The position numbers and the translations under genes are program-made. The notes beneath the pieces were generated by a model. It made no database searches and was not told where the DNA came from. It saw only the letters and a list, made by a program, of their open reading frames with translations. A DNA stretch of 64,000 nucleotides from Fistulifera solaris (Eukaryota), in NCBI GenBank assembly GCA_030295235.1, contig AP026167.1:310001-374000 (forward strand), given 5' to 3'. Positions 59,757 through 64,000 of this stretch are shown in pieces; the stretch's first letter is position 1, and each line of letters opens with the position of its first letter.

Positions 59757-62204
59757 TTAGGCGGGTGGGGCAATATCGTTTGTGTTTCTTCTAGAAGAGG
59801 CAAACTCGTCGGTTGTCACGTTCATATTTACCGGTAAACCTTGTTCTTGTCGTATCTCAGCCGCTTCCTTGAAAGCGGCAACAGAAGCTTCAACTTGGCC
59901 GCACTCTAAGCAAAGAGTTCCAATTATATTCTCAATTCGTGCGACAAACGCGTGCCGCTCACCAAAGAACCTTTTGGTCAGCTGGGAAGCTTCTCGGTAG
60001 ACCGTGAGTGCTTCCTTGAAATTGCCTTGTGCATGATGCGCCCTTCCTATGTCGAGTAGAGTTTGCGCAACGTCGAAGGATATCTCTTCGTCAGGAGAAG
60101 TTTTCCTCTGGATGGCAAGGCATTGATAATAAGCATTCAATGCGAACTCGAACTCTTCTCGAGCGAGATACGCTTTCCCTAGCGCGAAAAGAGTCTCCGC
60201 GGCTAAAGGATGATCCTCGCCGTACTTCTGTCGGCGGATAGACAATGCTTCGTTTAAAGGCTTAATGCATTGATAGAGATCGCCAATCTCATAAAGAATT
60301 TGTCCACGGCGATGTAGCGCTTCAGCAATCTGAGTGCTTCCGGGGCCCTGTAGAAGTCTCGACATCTCAAGGAACTTGTCAAGATGTTTTAGCGAGTCCA
60401 TTTTCTCACCTTTGTGAAAATCTAGTACTGCCATGTTGTACCACATTGCTGCCACTTCGGGGTCGTCCATGTTTGTGTGCATCAAGCGAAGAGCATCTTT
60501 GCATGTAGTAATCGCGGCGTCGTAATTGCAATTATAAAAATGAACGTGGCCCATGTTCAACAAAGTCCTCGAAAGTTTCTTCCGAAGTCGTAATGTACGA
60601 GAAATATCGTTGGGATTATCGGTTGGTTCATCTGAACAAATAGAGGAAGAAGAAGAGTTCGGAGAAACAGATTGCGAACTCGTTGCGTATAATTTCGCCA
60701 ACGCTGCGTTCCCACGTGTCAGCGCGTCCGATAGCATCTCCAAGGCATCAACAGGTCGCCTGTATTGCAAGTTTATTTGTGCTATGTTGTTCAAGCAAGC
60801 GAGAACGACGGGGTCAAATGCAAGGGCGTCAGTTTGTGGCTTCTTGTGAGAAAGTGAGGCTGCCAGGTCGAAAAATTGCACTGCCGAATCGGCGCTGCCC
60901 CAGTGATAATGAATCAAGCCCATATTGTACATGGTTGCCTTTGAGCATTGGTAGAGGGGGGATTGTGAACTGCTGGAAGTCGATTGTGTTATCGCCTGGG
61001 GGAGAGTACAAGTTGATTTTGAAAGGTTCACCGAAGGATAATGGGTACCTCGTATGCCCGCTTTTGAACTTCGAGTCTTGAGGGAAAAGACCGGGAATAC
61101 TACTGTCGATACATGAATCGTGTTTCATGCCTGGCTTCGGAGTTCCTGGGAGATGCTTCGTAACATTATCGTCGGCGACCAAATGGTATAGTGACTTTAC
61201 ACCCTCGACTAATACTTGTCGGCTTTGCTCCGTCAGCATTCCTGTTGTGAACAAGGCATGCAGTTTCTCCATTTGTTCTTGTCTCTCTTTGCTTGGAAGA
61301 CCGCTTTGGCTGTCACCTTCTACGTACATGAGTGTCTGTAATGATTCCTGAAACAGCTTCATGGCTGTTAAGCATTCATTGGCATAAAGCATGTGTACGC
61401 CAAGATTCGTAGTCACTCCGGCATGTCGTAAAACGACAGGATCGGGCGATCGAGACAGCTTCTGCCGCATAACATTTCTTCGCTCCACCATCAAAGCCAT
61501 TGCTTGCGCAGCGTAATCTTTTAGTTTCTGCTTTTCCTCTTCGGTCAAGCCTTGAGGGCGAGGCTCGGGGCCTTCCACACAGAATGTTCCTAGCTTATAG
61601 CCTGTAACGAATATATAAGAGCAATACAAGTGAGTATTGTGTTTTAGTCCTTTGCGAAGTGGGTCAAACGAGAAGTAACACACCTTCGGGGGGATATTAA
61701 AGGAGCTCCTGCATAAAATCTGAGGCGCGGCCCATCCGTCACCAAAGGACTATTCATGAATCGCTCGTCCTTTTGGTATCATTCACAACAATAATTCCTT
61801 TTTATTCAAAATTGTATGTGAGCAAAACGCTACTGCCCGCGAAGTTTCCCGAACATCACCTGGACATCCCGTGTTACTGAAAAGAATTGTCGGCCCAAAT
61901 CGATCAAGCTAATCAACGACGTTGGCACCCCAAATACTTTACAAGCTTCTTCTGTCAATTTGTCGAATGCTTCTTCTTTCTCGGCGTCTAGCAACAAGTA
62001 TGATTTAAGTGTTAAGAGACGCTGCAGCTCTCCTTCCACGGTTTGCTCTTCCGCTTCAGGATCCGGAACAGGAAGAATCCAGTCGGGTGTTTTTGAGTCA
62101 CCGGGAAGATTTCGCGAGGAAACCGACAGCAAGGCTTCTTTGAGCTCGTCTTCCGTAATATAGTCCTGTACAGAACGCCCAAATGCAGATGTTTGTGTTG
62201 CCAT
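59757..62204 (-). CDS. GAF-domain plus TPR-repeat protein; intron 61602-61683; frameshifts near 61875, 61775 and 60950
   Basis: GAF motifs E..[63 protein letters not shown]; kinesin-light-chain-like TPRs (YGEDHPLAAETLFALG). Confidence 0.8.
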
Positions 62205-62430
62205 AATGTGTAAATTAGTTGCAGATTGAGATGATGCCGCTGTAAAAACTGCCCCTCAAGGCTGTGTGTGGTTTTCTCGAAAGACTCCGATATCAAATCA
62301 AAGGAAGTTAAGCTGCTATAAAGGCAAGCTATTTCACGGATACAAATAGCAATTTCTATTTCCCGACTGTTCTAAAGTAATAAATAAACGCTTGAAGACG
62401 TTTATTGTTTGAATGATATTCTAATCGTCG

Positions 62431-62680
62431 TGACGTGACACCGAGTGGCGGGGGCGACAAATAATGGAAACGTCTTGCATTGCAATCGTAGTTCCACGGC
62501 ACTGCCCTGGCAAAAGTGGACAGCAACGATCGTTTGAAACAAAGGTTTGAAAGTTGAAAAGACCTTCGTGGTCGTTCGTGGCCAACCAAAGTCTACATCA
62601 AAGTAGTACGTTTCTCGCATACGTCAGCAAACAACGTCATGTTGGACACTTTGGTTGCCATTCTTTCTAAATACTGACGT
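62431..62680. promoter_or_regulatory. Cluster of four TGACGT (bZIP-type) motifs
   Basis: TGACGT at 62431 and 62675; ACGTCA at 62621 and 62634; upstream of the GAF-TPR start codon. Confidence 0.4.
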
Positions 62681-63245
62681 GGTTTGAAGTAACAAGGAAG
62701 TAACGCTTTTCCCGTGTTTCTGTTCTCTGTTCTGCGTCTGCCTTTGCATCCGACGTGCTTCGGACATTCGGAATAATATAGGCAGATTAACCTCTACCCT
62801 AATCGGTAAATATGTTTCATTTACCTATTTACTAAACTTTGTTGACAAAACGTCCGTGCTGCGAGCCTGTTGTGATTACATCGACGACAAGCACTTGACC
62901 TTGTCACAATCATCTGTAATCAATTTAATCAACAAAAGGTACGGCGGACTAATGATTGTAAATAAATGACGAAATACGTTGTAGCCTTCGTCGAGCAGCA
63001 GTGTGATTCTTTGCATTCGAGGAGGGGGGATTTTGCTAAATGACGACAGAGTTTCATTCAATCAACATTCCGATAGTCAGGCATGAACGTTGAATTCTAT
63101 GAGCTCAATTTTCAAGTCTCCATTGAATAGATACGTGTCGGATTTTCGCGTCTTTTGTTAAAACGAAGCCACAGTTAGCGTGTGAACAACAAACGACATA
63201 AATTTTCTCACATTTTCTCTCTGCTCTTTCAACACAGAATTAAAC

Positions 63246-63434
63246 ATGGTTGAATCACGTAAACCTGATAAGCTTTATGCCACACATCCTTCTGGTTACG
63301 GAAAGGGATCTCGTGCCTGCCGCGTCACTGGACGATTGGGCGGTATGGGACTTGTTCGAAAGTACGGCATCAACATGAAGCGTCAAGTGTTCCGTGAGCG
63401 CGCACTCGATATGGGCTGGGAGAAATACAACTAA
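63246..63434 (+). CDS. RPS29: 40S ribosomal protein S29 (uS14)
   Basis: HPSGYGKGSRACRV...GLVRKYGINM.RQ.FRE.A.DMG. Confidence 0.93.
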   Translation: MVESRKPDKLYATHPSGYGKGSRACRVTGRLGGMGLVRKYGINMKRQVFRERALDMGWEKYN

Positions 63435-64000
63435 ACTATGTTAGATGTAACAACTATTGCACTCTATAGTTTCGATTGTTTTCATGATATCTTGCCATGT
63501 TTTCCAGTTATTTTCGCTAAGGGCGTTTGAAGTTATTGTTGTATGCTGTGGTGCTACTTGATTTACTACTGATTGTGTATGATGTTCTGCCTTTGACTCC
63601 TTCCTAAATCCGGAGCTTGATCAGTTGATTCTTCATTGTGTTGCTTGTTGATGGACTAGCTTCTACTACCTAGCTAGCAAAGGGCAATTAATTGCAAACT
63701 TAATTTTTACAAATAGTTAACATTTGAAAATTCATTCCCCTAAAACTGTCGTACAGGTTCTTGATTATTCAGGGATGACGTTTTGCTGATGCTGTTGTGA
63801 CCAGGTTGTGACTCGCCACATCTACATTTCGTCGGCGTCGACACGTACTTTGTAGTGAAAGAGGTGTGAATACGGGTGTGTACTTGTACGTTGTGTACCG
63901 CCGTCGATCAACAGCTGCTTCATGCTTCACCCACCACATGCCGCAGTTGCTGTTGAAAAGACGTCGGGAAGGATCCTTTTGTGTTTTCATATCGGCGAGG

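Noticed and set aside
875..61351. Numerous short ORFs antisense to or overlapping the called genes
   Set aside because: They are shadow ORFs of real coding sequence, mostly with non-ATG starts and no independent motifs.
63769..64000. Minus-strand ORF running off the window end
   Set aside because: It may be the 3' end of a gene outside the window, but there is no motif to support a call.

Overview
A gene-dense eukaryotic nuclear region, most likely from a pennate diatom. This is an inference from the short GT-AG introns, bipartite signal-peptide plus Phe plastid presequences, and protein families I associate with diatoms. It holds about 30 protein-coding genes (including TOP1, GPATCH1, cysteinyl-tRNA synthetase, CbbY, ALKBH1, transaldolase, mS29/DAP3, CPN20, RPT1, RBM42, ABHD17, TFB5, RPS29 and a GAF-TPR protein) and one tRNA-Ser(GCT). 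Many conserved genes are broken by 1-bp indels, mostly at homopolymers, which points to an unpolished long-read assembly rather than pseudogenes. The main accessory feature is a ~5.5 kb candidate DNA transposon at ~43.6-49.1 kb. It encodes an intron-containing PIF/Harbinger/IS5-type DDE transposase plus three partner ORFs I cannot assign, and is bracketed by arrays of a 20-bp hairpin unit (ATAGAGAGA-GAAA-TCTCTCTAT) rather than an obvious classical TIR. Other oddities: a duplicated LHC-like (HLIP/OHP/SEP-motif) protein with identically placed introns and a long Pro/Gln tail, an RPS29 and an MsrB-like protein lacking Zn-binding cysteines, a 214-bp tandem duplication in a divergent promoter, and a TGACGT cluster upstream of the GAF-TPR gene. 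All family assignments come from motif recognition by eye; no database search was run.
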